A model generated the notes under the pieces. The model saw nothing but the letters and a program-made list of their open reading frames with translations, made no database searches and had not been told where the DNA came from. From an uncultured Candidatus Saccharibacteria bacterium (GTDB lineage Bacteria; Patescibacteriota; Saccharimonadia; Saccharimonadales; UBA4665): DNA of 64,000 nt. Numbering within the stretch: the first letter of the stretch is position 1; every line of letters begins with the position of its first letter. The DNA lies in contig CAYUNX010000001.1 of NCBI GenBank assembly GCA_964446255.1, forward strand, positions 9,729 to 73,728. The letters run 5' to 3'. Positions 17,255 through 25,291 of this stretch are shown piece after piece. The position numbers and the translations under genes were made by a program.

Positions 17255-18127
17255 ATGGAACGCACACTAACTGTCGAAAAAAAATATATCTCGATTCAAA
17301 CAGTGGTTTCTACTTTTGTGGGTATGATGATGGCGTTACCGTTTGCCTTTGCAGCAGGAGCTCAACCAAGTGCATCCGCAGCAGATCAATCTTCATCCGC
17401 ACAAGTTAGCCTTGCCGACGCATTTAACCAAGGCTATCAAGCGAGCGCGTCAAGCACCAAAACAGCTGCCAACGGTACAACACAATGCTCTGAAGCGTCT
17501 GTGTCTACGGGTGGTGCAGTTATGGGCGAAAGCTCTGGCGGCGGTTCAGGTTGGGGCTCACAGGCAATGTCATGGGGCGGTGGAAGTGGCAGTGGTGGTG
17601 GAGGCGGAGGCAGTAAACTTGCTTCAAAACCTGCTTCACCTGTCGATAAGCTCGCATCGATGTTCCACACATATAATTCTTACACATCGATGATCTACAA
17701 TAGCTCAAGTGTTGCCAATACCAATAGCAACAATGTCGTTGGCTCAAATAACACAACGTCAACCGATCTAAAGATCGAAGATTCAAAGAACGTGACGGTT
17801 GGCGTCAGTAACGATTCGACGTCATCGCTCATCGCAACTGATGACAGCTTCAACAAGGATTCGTACAACACGAAGACTGAGACTGAGATCATCAACGATT
17901 CGTACAATACGACTGAGACGAAGACCGAGACCAAGATAGAGGACTCATACAACACTGAGACTAAAACTGAGACTGAAACCAAGATTGAAGACTCATACAA
18001 TTCAGAGACTGAAAATAAGGTTGAGGACTCGTACAATACCGAAAACAAGACCGAAGACTCAAACAACACATCTACCGTTACTAGCGAGACTAATCTCGAA
18101 GTCGGTGATGTCGAGGTAGAACTTTAG
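17255..18127 (+). CDS. Secreted Ser/Asn/Thr/Glu-rich repeat protein
   Basis: GGGAG lies 7 nt upstream of ATG 17255. Signal-peptide-like MMMALPFAFAAGAQP, a Gly tract, and imperfect tandem (K)IEDSYNTETKTETE repeats (about 17866-18070). Confidence 0.65.
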   Translation: MERTLTVEKKYISIQTVVSTFVGMMMALPFAFAAGAQPSASAADQSSSAQVSLADAFNQGYQASASSTKTAANGTTQCSEASVSTGGAVMGESSGGGSGWGSQAMSWGGGSGSGGGGGGSKLASKPASPVDKLASMFHTYNSYTSMIYNSSSVANTNSNNVVGSNNTTSTDLKIEDSKNVTVGVSNDSTSSLIATDDSFNKDSYNTKTETEIINDSYNTTETKTETKIEDSYNTETKTETETKIEDSYNSETENKVEDSYNTENKTEDSNNTSTVTSETNLEVGDVEVEL

Positions 18128-18180
18128 GAGTTAAACGTCACAAATAGACATTACATACACGTCTAAACTCAAAAGCACGA

Positions 18181-18214
18181 GCAGCCCCGTTCTCAGGAAC
18201 GCGGGCTGCTTTGA
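18181..18214 (+). terminator. Candidate intrinsic terminator
   Basis: GCAGCCCCG-loop-CGCGGGCTGC followed by TTTGATT. Lies downstream of the repeat-protein gene. Confidence 0.45.
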
Positions 18215-18329
18215 TTGCGGCGAAAGTCATTTACTCGAAACATCCCTGCACTGCACCTCTGCTACGAAAGATTTAAGTGTAAGCAACGGACATTGTGCTG
18301 TTGCCCTATCGCAGAGAAAATAGAACTGG

Positions 18330-18335
18330 TATGCT
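18330..18335 (+). promoter_or_regulatory. Candidate -10 box (TATGCT), leaderless start
   Basis: TATGCT-AGGTGC-ATG, with the ATG at 18342. Confidence 0.35.
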
Positions 18336-18341
18336 AGGTGC

Positions 18342-19049
18342 ATGACATATAAACGAATTCTTCTCAAACTATCAGGTGAACAATTAGCCGGCGAACATGA
18401 GTTCGGCGTCGACCCCAAAATAGCCAAGTATTTGGCACAAGAGATTAAACAAGTCGTTGATACGGGTGTGCAGATTGCCATCGTTGTCGGCGGTGGGAAC
18501 ATGGTGCGAGGTGCCGAGGTGGCTGGTCATGGCATTCGCCGGGTGACTGGCGACCAAATGGGAATGTTGAGTGGGCTTATCAATGCGATGGCTCTCACCG
18601 ACATCTTTGAACACGAAGGTTTGGCGACACGCTGTCTCAGTATCGTTTACGCCGAGCAACTTGCCGAACCATACTCGTACCGTTTAGCCGAAAAACACCT
18701 GCAGGGTGGCCGTGTGCTCATCATCGCTGGTGGGTTGGCGAGGCCATACTTTACGCACGACACCGCTGCTGTCAGTTTCGGACTTGAGCTTGACTGTGAA
18801 GTGGTGATTAAAGCCTCTAAGGTCGATGGTGTCTATGATCGCGATCCTGTAAAGTACCCAGACGCCACCCGACTTGAACATATGAGCTATGCTGATGCTG
18901 TAGGCAATGTTGATGTTATGGTGATGGACAAAGCGGCACTCGGTCTTGCACTTGAGCAAAAGCAACCACTTGTCGTGTTTGATGCGATGCAGCCAGGCAA
19001 TCTCGCCCGTCTCGTCGAAGGCCAATCTGTTGGTACGACTATAGGTTAG
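18342..19049 (+). CDS. pyrH: UMP kinase
   Basis: ILLKLSGE and VVGGGN motifs. 235 aa, amino-acid-kinase fold pattern. Confidence 0.9.
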   Translation: MTYKRILLKLSGEQLAGEHEFGVDPKIAKYLAQEIKQVVDTGVQIAIVVGGGNMVRGAEVAGHGIRRVTGDQMGMLSGLINAMALTDIFEHEGLATRCLSIVYAEQLAEPYSYRLAEKHLQGGRVLIIAGGLARPYFTHDTAAVSFGLELDCEVVIKASKVDGVYDRDPVKYPDATRLEHMSYADAVGNVDVMVMDKAALGLALEQKQPLVVFDAMQPGNLARLVEGQSVGTTIG

Positions 19050-19076
19050 TCAGTATTCGTTATAAATACTTACGTA

Positions 19077-19102
19077 GAAAGCCTCCCTTGACGGAGGCTT
19101 TC
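19077..19102. terminator. Bidirectional intrinsic terminator between convergent genes
   Basis: GAAAGCCTCC-CTTGAC-GGAGGCTTTC followed by a T-rich run. Lies between the pyrH stop (19049) and the minus-strand ORF stop (19114). Confidence 0.6.
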
Positions 19103-19113
19103 TCTTTCTCTAA

Positions 19114-19323
19114 CTAGGCGAATCTGGTTCTCTTACTGTGTGCCAGATAGCGGAAGTCTTGTCGCATAGATTCGCTGTTTTCAAACAACTCTAGCTCAAG
19201 ATCTGCAGACGAGGCGCTTGCTGTACGTTCGCACGGTTCGTTATTTGCAGAAAGGTATTGTTGAAAATGTACTTTTGGGTGCTTTTGGAGTTTGTTTGTT
19301 AGCTCTGAATATGTTCGTGACAT
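19114..19323 (-). CDS. Small hypothetical protein (69 aa)
   Basis: ATG 19323 is preceded by a strong TAAGGAGGG. No homology recognised. Confidence 0.4.
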   Translation of the reverse strand: MSRTYSELTNKLQKHPKVHFQQYLSANNEPCERTASASSADLELELFENSESMRQDFRYLAHSKRTRFA

Positions 19324-19449
19324 ATTGCCCTCCTTAATTAGCTTACAAAACAAAGCCTAGCATTCTCCGTAGCACCCCTTCCCTTTTTAGTGCTGTGAAT
19401 GAAACGATAGCTTACAATCACTAGCTTAGCTCACTTTTGCACAATAGTA

Positions 19450-19465
19450 TGTGTGTTACATCACC
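19450..19465. promoter_or_regulatory. Candidate Crp/Fnr-type operator
   Basis: TGTGT-GTTACA-TCACC compared with the CRP-type consensus TGTGA-N6-TCACA. 13/16 identical to the site at 19616-19631. Confidence 0.3.
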
Positions 19466-19615
19466 GGTCATTTAGTACAAAATCAAACGTAGTTCACTCG
19501 ATAATACAGAGACGGGCTCTGTAGGTGCTCTGAGTTAAGGTTTGATGTAGTCGACGGCGAATCTATGCATGAAAACAGATATAAGGTCACAACTCTGTAA
19601 TGCCAGTAAATGTTT

Positions 19616-19631
19616 TGTGCGCTACATCACG
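19616..19631. promoter_or_regulatory. Candidate Crp/Fnr-type operator at class-II position
   Basis: TGTGC-GCTACA-TCACG. The centre lies about 41.5 nt upstream of the predicted leaderless TSS/ATG at 19665. Confidence 0.35.
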
Positions 19632-19651
19632 TAACGAAAAATATATAAGAG

Positions 19652-19657
19652 TATAAT
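19652..19657 (+). promoter_or_regulatory. Candidate -10 box (TATAAT), leaderless start
   Basis: TATAAT-TAAGTGT-ATG, with the ATG at 19665. Confidence 0.45.
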
Positions 19658-19664
19658 TAAGTGT

Positions 19665-20342
19665 ATGATGACAGACCCACAGGCTGGTATGCCGAACGCT
19701 CAGACGACAGATAGAAGTATCATTGCGCACTTTAGCGACGGAAAACTCATGCAGTTTACAGACGGAGAAACTGTCATTAATGATTTTGACGAACCTAAAG
19801 GTGTGTACCTAATAAAATCAGGTTTTGTTAAGGCGTACTCCGTGTCTCAGGCTGGCCATAACAACTTGTTGTTTATCCATCAAGTCGGCGAATTTATACC
19901 GTTACCCTGGGCATTGGACGGTGCGCATGTCACTGGGCTATCCTATGAAGCTATCGCCGACGTGACAGTTCTGAGAGTTTCAAAAGACAATCTTCGTATA
20001 GCTATGGGGCACGATGCTTGGTTGTCTCAGGAAATCTTAAAACAAGCAGTCGAAGTGATCGCCGTCTACACTCAGAGGATACAAACTTTAGAGTTTCGGT
20101 CAGCGCGTGGGCGAATCATATCTGAGATTTTGAATCTTGCGCAACGTTTTGGTGAGAAAAACGACAAAGAGGTCACAATCAATGCGCCCATTACACACCA
20201 AGACTTGGCTGATTCTATCAATATGAACCGGGAGATGGCTAGCAGGGCTTTGGGATTACTTGTTGATGAAGGCTTAATTGGTCAGACAGATCACCACATT
20301 AGTATTTTAGATTTACCTAGGCTTCAAAAAGCACTCAGCTAA
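19665..20342 (+). CDS. Crp/Fnr-family transcriptional regulator (second paralogue)
   Basis: cNMP-binding-like N-terminal domain and HTH NREMASRALGLLVDEGLI. Confidence 0.75.
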   Translation: MMTDPQAGMPNAQTTDRSIIAHFSDGKLMQFTDGETVINDFDEPKGVYLIKSGFVKAYSVSQAGHNNLLFIHQVGEFIPLPWALDGAHVTGLSYEAIADVTVLRVSKDNLRIAMGHDAWLSQEILKQAVEVIAVYTQRIQTLEFRSARGRIISEILNLAQRFGEKNDKEVTINAPITHQDLADSINMNREMASRALGLLVDEGLIGQTDHHISILDLPRLQKALS

Positions 20343-20356
20343 TCTTAGCTCCCATC

Positions 20357-20813
20357 TGTCATTCTGAGCGTAACAAAATGAAGCTGAAGAATCTCTTCTA
20401 AGTCTTTTTCGTAGCAGTTCCCGAACTGCAGTCGGCCACCTTTTTGTACCGACAAAAAGCTGGGCAAAAAACTCGGCACGCTTCCACCCTCTTGGTGATC
20501 TGTTGTTGTCGCTTACAACGGCCACACACTAAGCTTCGCTTTGCTCAGACTACGCATGTGTCCTTATGTTGTAACAGACAACAACATCTCAGCCAGGACG
20601 CCTCCAGAGTGCCATGAGCTGCAAAAACCCGGCACTGTCATTCCGGACTTGATCCGGAATCTAGTTATTAAAGTCGCGTAGCGACAAAGCTACGGGGCCC
20701 ATTCGTAAATCGATAATCAATAATCGATAATCTACTGCGTTTAAACATTCAAGATTCTAAAATCCAGAATCTAGATTCCAACCCGATAATCGGTAATCTA
20801 TAATCGAAAATCG
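20357..20813. repeat. Composite structured intergenic repeat, copy 2
   Basis: Contains a GTCATTCTGAG unit, hairpin 20414-20429, 12-bp hairpin 20436-20463 and long hairpin 20472-20613. Also an ATTCCGGA..TCCGGAAT unit and heptamer arrays at 20706-20733 and 20751-20813. Confidence 0.8.
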
Positions 20814-20821
20814 TTTATCTA

Positions 20822-23221
20822 TTATGGTGCTAAATCAGGTACGTCGAGCGTGAGATGGTCGCCGGGACGAGCTTCGCCGCGGAGGATTTTCTGTGCAACA
20901 CTGTTTTCGACGGCTCGTTGCAAAGTTCGGCGCATCGGTCGGGCACCGAGACGTGGGTCATAGCCTGTCTCGACGATTTTCGCGGTTGCTGCCTCGGTGA
21001 GCTCGATAGAAATATTTTGTGGGGCAAGTGTGCGGTTCACTTCGGCAACCATGAGGCCGACAACCTGTGATAGCTCAGACGTGTTGAGCGGGCGGAACAA
21101 CACGATGTCATCAAAGCGGTTGAGGAGCTCTGGTTTGAATTGCCCACTGTCGATCAGCTGGTTAACGAGCGTGTCCTCGAATGTTTCGAGCGCTTCACCT
21201 CGGGCGATACGCTCGCGAATGGTGTCGGCGCCGGCATTGCTTGTGGCGATGATGATACAGTCTTTAAATGATGCGACGCGGCCAGTTGTGTCGGTCAGCT
21301 GACCTTCGTCGAGTAGTTGCAGCAGCAAATTTAGAATGTTGACATGTGCTTTCTCAAGCTCATCGAGCAATACGACACCGAACGGTTGCTGCCGGATGGA
21401 CATAATGAGGCTGGCACTGTCTTCACTGCCGTCACTAAGGAGCCGTGCAACATCATCTGCTCGCTGGTATTCACTCATATCGAGTCGTGTCATGTGCGCT
21501 TCGGCTCCAAAATAAGTTGCCGATATTGCCTTGGCGAGTTCGGTCTTACCAACACCTGTTGGTCCCAAAAAGAGGAAGCTACCGATTGGCCGTCTGGGGT
21601 TAGCTACCCCTGCCCTCGCGCGTCGAAGGGCGTTCGAGACGACACTGACCGCGCGAGTTTGGTTAATCATACGTTCATGGATCTTAGCTTCAAGGTTTAG
21701 GAGCGTGTCTGACTCATCCTTGTCAGCATGGGCGACGGTGACACCTCGACTTTGCTCGATGGCACGCTGGACTGACTTGGCCGTGATTATCTTGTCTTCG
21801 GCGTGGGCGAGCGATTGCTCGAGTAAGTTGATTGCCCTTCCCGGATAGGCCACGTCTTGGTCATAGCGCCCACTCAATCGGTACGCTTCACGGAGCGCTT
21901 CATAGGCGATAAGCACATTATGTCGATGCTCGAGACTGAGCGTGGTGTCTTCGAGGATACGCATGACCGTTGACTCGTCGGGCTCACGTAATATGACCGG
22001 TGTGAGTAGGCTGGCAAAACTCGAATTGCGTGCACGTAATGCTTGATAATCGTGCGGCGTAAATGCCAAAACTAGTTGCACGGCACGCGACTGCACAAAA
22101 GGCTGCAGTAGTCGCACGGCGTCAAAAGCGCCTGGCGCATTTGAGAAAAACAACTGCGCATCGTCGAGAAACAGCGTAATATGGCCGGCATTGGCTGCTT
22201 CGCCGAGCAGACGGTTCATGATGCGTTCAAGATGACCGGGTTGACTGGTCGTGGCGATGATATTCGCCGCGTTCAGACTTATAATCTGGCGATGTTCAAT
22301 GGCGGTGTCAGTACTGCTTTGTAAAAGTAACTGCGCGAGGGCGTAGACATGGCTCGTTTTGCCGATGCCCGTCTCGCCAACGAGCGCGATAGCAGAGGCA
22401 CCTTGTGAAAAAGCACCATGCATCGCTTTGACACCTTCAGACTGACTTAACCAGCCGTAATGGGCGCCATTGCGTTCGATGTCGAGACTGACATTGTAAC
22501 CAAGGCTATCGAGCGTTGGCGTGTACCCGTTAGTCCAGTCGCGTCCGATACCACCGTAATCTGGTTTATCTTCGCTCAGCATGCTAATACTACGGGTGAG
22601 CCACGCAATAGCGGCTTCGATGTCACTTGGTTGCAACCGTGCCTGGATAAAAACATTTTTAAGCTTTTCAGAGGTAAGCAAGAGTCCACCAACGACATGA
22701 CCAACCTCGACACTTTGGCTCTGCTGAGAGTCGGCAAGCGATAGAGCTTTTTGCCAGACGGTCTGCATGTTCGTCGCGTCGTCGTCAAGCATGCTTTCGA
22801 CATAATCGCTCGGCAAAAGAAAATGGTTCAAGATAAATTTACTTTGCCACTGCGGTTCGAGCATTCGCCAAACGCTGCGTGGGGTGAGTTGTGAGTTGGG
22901 GTCAAGTCGTGCGAGAACACTCCTTGTTAACCTATCGTCCAACGATAATGCGTCTTTGGAAACAGTCAGTGGATGCAAATCGCCCTTCCACCAAATCGCA
23001 TAGAGTAAACCAAGAAGCCCAACACCTCCAACTAGTCCAGGTATGTGAGATATGTCCACCGCAGCGGCGATAAGTGCCGCAACAAGAAGTAGTAGGCACA
23101 AAGTCAGAAGAAATCGTTGGCCGGACTTGGTGAGTTTTTGGGCTAAACGAGCCTTGCGGGCGCGTACACTGTAAAGATTGACTGATTCGACGGGGGCTGA
23201 CTGGGCGTCTATTTGACTCAT
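20822..23221 (-). CDS. Clp/Hsp100-like double AAA+ ATPase with N-terminal transmembrane region
   Basis: NBD1 has Walker A GETGIGKTS and Walker B LFLDDAQ. NBD2 has GPTGVGKTELAKA, VVLLDELEKAH and GARPMRR. Two N-terminal helices (LLTLCLLLLVAALIAAAV, LVGGVGLLGLLYAIWW). Start ATG 23221 overlaps the upstream stop (ATGA). Confidence 0.75.
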   Translation of the reverse strand: MSQIDAQSAPVESVNLYSVRARKARLAQKLTKSGQRFLLTLCLLLLVAALIAAAVDISHIPGLVGGVGLLGLLYAIWWKGDLHPLTVSKDALSLDDRLTRSVLARLDPNSQLTPRSVWRMLEPQWQSKFILNHFLLPSDYVESMLDDDATNMQTVWQKALSLADSQQSQSVEVGHVVGGLLLTSEKLKNVFIQARLQPSDIEAAIAWLTRSISMLSEDKPDYGGIGRDWTNGYTPTLDSLGYNVSLDIERNGAHYGWLSQSEGVKAMHGAFSQGASAIALVGETGIGKTSHVYALAQLLLQSSTDTAIEHRQIISLNAANIIATTSQPGHLERIMNRLLGEAANAGHITLFLDDAQLFFSNAPGAFDAVRLLQPFVQSRAVQLVLAFTPHDYQALRARNSSFASLLTPVILREPDESTVMRILEDTTLSLEHRHNVLIAYEALREAYRLSGRYDQDVAYPGRAINLLEQSLAHAEDKIITAKSVQRAIEQSRGVTVAHADKDESDTLLNLEAKIHERMINQTRAVSVVSNALRRARAGVANPRRPIGSFLFLGPTGVGKTELAKAISATYFGAEAHMTRLDMSEYQRADDVARLLSDGSEDSASLIMSIRQQPFGVVLLDELEKAHVNILNLLLQLLDEGQLTDTTGRVASFKDCIIIATSNAGADTIRERIARGEALETFEDTLVNQLIDSGQFKPELLNRFDDIVLFRPLNTSELSQVVGLMVAEVNRTLAPQNISIELTEAATAKIVETGYDPRLGARPMRRTLQRAVENSVAQKILRGEARPGDHLTLDVPDLAP

Positions 23222-23580
23222 GAGATGACCCCCCATATAAACAAAGCGATAACTAGGGGTGGAAGCACGGGCCATATAACTACCGTAACTATTCCCAGAC
23301 AAGCTGTCAGCACCATAACTACACTCGCCGCAAATAACACAGTAAAACGAACAAAAAAGCCCACAAAACGACCAACGAAGTTATCGAACCAAGCGTTAAG
23401 GTGTTCGTTGAAGCTGGCGCCAGGAGTGGTTACCACGCGCCGCCATGGGGCAAACAGCGTACGGAGTAGTCTGCTGACCGAAAACGCCCGACCAACACCG
23501 GCAATTTTGCGCAGTACGCTTGTGGCAGTTTTCTGCCAGCCCACACCGTACCACCATCTGAAAAAAGTCGCCATAAGCAT
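23218..23580 (-). CDS. Small membrane protein translationally coupled to the Clp-like ATPase
   Basis: 120-aa ORF with C-terminal hydrophobic helices. Its stop overlaps the downstream start by 4 nt. Confidence 0.55.
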   Translation of the reverse strand: MLMATFFRWWYGVGWQKTATSVLRKIAGVGRAFSVSRLLRTLFAPWRRVVTTPGASFNEHLNAWFDNFVGRFVGFFVRFTVLFAASVVMVLTACLGIVTVVIWPVLPPLVIALFIWGVIS

Positions 23581-23726
23581 TATTCTTTTATTGTACCAGT
23601 TTCTTTGATGATACCCATCTTCTTAAAATGCATCGTACATTTAAATCTATTGCAGTTAAGTATGTTACAGCGAAGTCTGAGGTGATTGGTATGATTATCA
23701 TTCAACCATTAAAGAAGGGGGGATTT

Positions 23727-23930
23727 ATGGGAGAAGTATATAGACCAAGTTCGCCGTGTCCCGATCGTTCTTTTGACGTTGATCATGGTTTCGTGAATGG
23801 GCCTTTCGCCGAACAGAGGTCAAAGGATTTTCTATCAGCCTTAGGGTATGGAGGAATAAAGTTATTTCAGGGTCGTAACACAGTAACCCCATGGGTAGTC
23901 ATGGATATTTCAGATGATGCTCATCGGTAA
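23727..23930 (+). CDS. Small hypothetical protein (67 aa)
   Basis: ATG 23727 is preceded by GAAGGGGGG. No homology recognised. Confidence 0.3.
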   Translation: MGEVYRPSSPCPDRSFDVDHGFVNGPFAEQRSKDFLSALGYGGIKLFQGRNTVTPWVVMDISDDAHR

Positions 23931-24003
23931 ACTGAAAAGTTGTCAGTCGTGCTTTAGGACAAGCCACCCATTTTCTGCATAAAAGCCTACCTAATTGCAG
24001 ATA

Positions 24004-24032
24004 CTTTAGCTTGGCGGAGGGAGAGGGATTCG
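24004..24032. repeat. 29-nt duplicate of the tRNA-Ser 3' end plus flank (att-like direct repeat)
   Basis: CTTTAGCTTGGCGGAGGGAGAGGGATTCG is identical at 24004-24032 and 24178-24206. The latter covers the 3' end of the intact tRNA-Ser. Confidence 0.7.
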
Positions 24033-24185
24033 CCTTGGTCACTTTGCACAAAATGTGCTAGTTAGACCAACCGATCTCCCAAGGTCGATCGGCTTCGGGT
24101 CGGCCAGTGCCACTGGCACTGGCGTTCGAATCCCCATCGCCTTCAACCAAGCTAAAAGCTCCACCTTTCGGCGAAGCCTTTAGCT

Positions 24186-24275
24186 TGGCGGAGGGAGAGG
24201 GATTCGAACCCTCGATACCCTTGCGAGTAAACCGCCTTTCCAAGGCGGCGCCATAGGCCACTAGGCGACCCCTCC
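24186..24275 (-). tRNA. tRNA-Ser (anticodon GGA), CCA encoded
   Basis: The reverse complement reads GGAGGGGTCGCCTAGTGGCC...CCTTGGAAAGG...GAGGGTTCGAATCCCTCTCCCTCCGCCA. 90-nt class II tRNA with a long variable arm. Confidence 0.9.
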
Positions 24276-24412
24276 GTAGGGCCTGTGCGCTACGCATAGT
24301 ATTGTAGCATCACTTATGTTTGGTTTGTGATGCTCTGTTGCGAAAAATACGTTACCAAAGCGCCATTATGCTGTTGCGGCTAGCCACCTCTGACGGTACA
24401 CTGTATACACGA

Positions 24413-25291
24413 ATGGCCTTAATCGAACTTAAAGACGTCAGCAAGCTGTACGGCTTCGGCGACGCTACCAGTGTAGCGCTCGAGGAAGTCGACCTTTCTA
24501 TTGAGCAAGGAGAGTGCGTGGCGGTGATGGGTCCAAGTGGTTGTGGCAAGAGTACACTTATGAATGTCATTGGGTTACTCGATCACCCAACGCATGGTCA
24601 GTACACCATCAATGGTCGTCGTGCTGAGCGGTTACGTCACGCTCAGCGTGCCAAGATTCGCCGCGATAAAATCGGCTTCATTTTCCAGTCATTTAACCTT
24701 TTACCTCGCCTTACCGCATTAGATAATGTTGCATTGCCCCTGCTCTACCGCGGTCTGTCGACTGGCAAGCGCAACACACGCGCTCGTGACATGTTGGAGC
24801 GCGTTGGTTTGCATGACCGTAGCTACTACTACCCTCGCCAGCTTTCGGGTGGACAGACGCAGTGTGTTGCCATCGCTCGGGCACTGGTGAACGACCCTGA
24901 GATTATCATTGCCGATGAACCAACCGGCAATCTCGATACCGAAAGCTCTCGAGTCGTCATGGAACTTCTCGCCGAGATTCATGCCGCTGGCAATACCATC
25001 ATTTTCGTGACACACAATCCAGAGCTAACCCGCTATGCGACGAGGGTCGTCTACATGCAAGATGGTCAGATCGTACATGATGAACGCAAACCGCTTGGTG
25101 TCGTTGGTCGCCACGCTCGTACGGCAACATATGGGCCCGAAGAAAGTGACGAAGATAGCGCCATCGCCGGCATCTCGGCACTCATGAAAGCACGTGACCT
25201 CGACAATGCTACTGATGAGAAGCCAAAAGCCAAACGTCGTAAGTCGACACGTCCACGTAAAACAACTTCCGAACGGGGGTTGAACCCATGA
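24413..25291 (+). CDS. ABC transporter ATP-binding protein (MacB/LolD-type) with basic C-terminal tail
   Basis: Walker [10 protein letters not shown], signature LSGGQTQ, Walker [13 protein letters not shown]. Lys/Arg-rich C-terminal tail of about 70 aa. Confidence 0.85.
   Translation: MALIELKDVSKLYGFGDATSVALEEVDLSIEQGECVAVMGPSGCGKSTLMNVIGLLDHPTHGQYTINGRRAERLRHAQRAKIRRDKIGFIFQSFNLLPRLTALDNVALPLLYRGLSTGKRNTRARDMLERVGLHDRSYYYPRQLSGGQTQCVAIARALVNDPEIIIADEPTGNLDTESSRVVMELLAEIHAAGNTIIFVTHNPELTRYATRVVYMQDGQIVHDERKPLGVVGRHARTATYGPEESDEDSAIAGISALMKARDLDNATDEKPKAKRRKSTRPRKTTSERGLNP

Noticed and set aside
17343-18069. Alternative-frame and antisense ORFs nested in real genes (for example 17343..17693, 17695..18069, 10144..10656, 25209..25589, 38183..38647, 47216..49633, 50881..51282, 63021..63443)
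   Set aside because: They overlap longer ORFs with clear family motifs, have biased low-complexity composition and lack start signals. They are typical shadow ORFs.
20313-20525. 70-aa ORF inside repeat copy 2 (and the 65-aa ORF 46535..46732 inside copy 3)
   Set aside because: They lie within non-coding repeat modules, are not conserved between copies in frame, and have low-complexity translations.
24059-24149. Possible intact plus-strand tRNA ending in ..CTTCAACCA
   Set aside because: The T-stem pairs at best 4/5. No complementary 5' acceptor strand (TGAAGGC/GAAGGCG) exists upstream. It is treated as a fragment.
24058-24297. 79-aa minus-strand ORF
   Set aside because: It overlaps the tRNA-Ser gene and the tRNA-fragment region. 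It is a translation of tRNA sequence.
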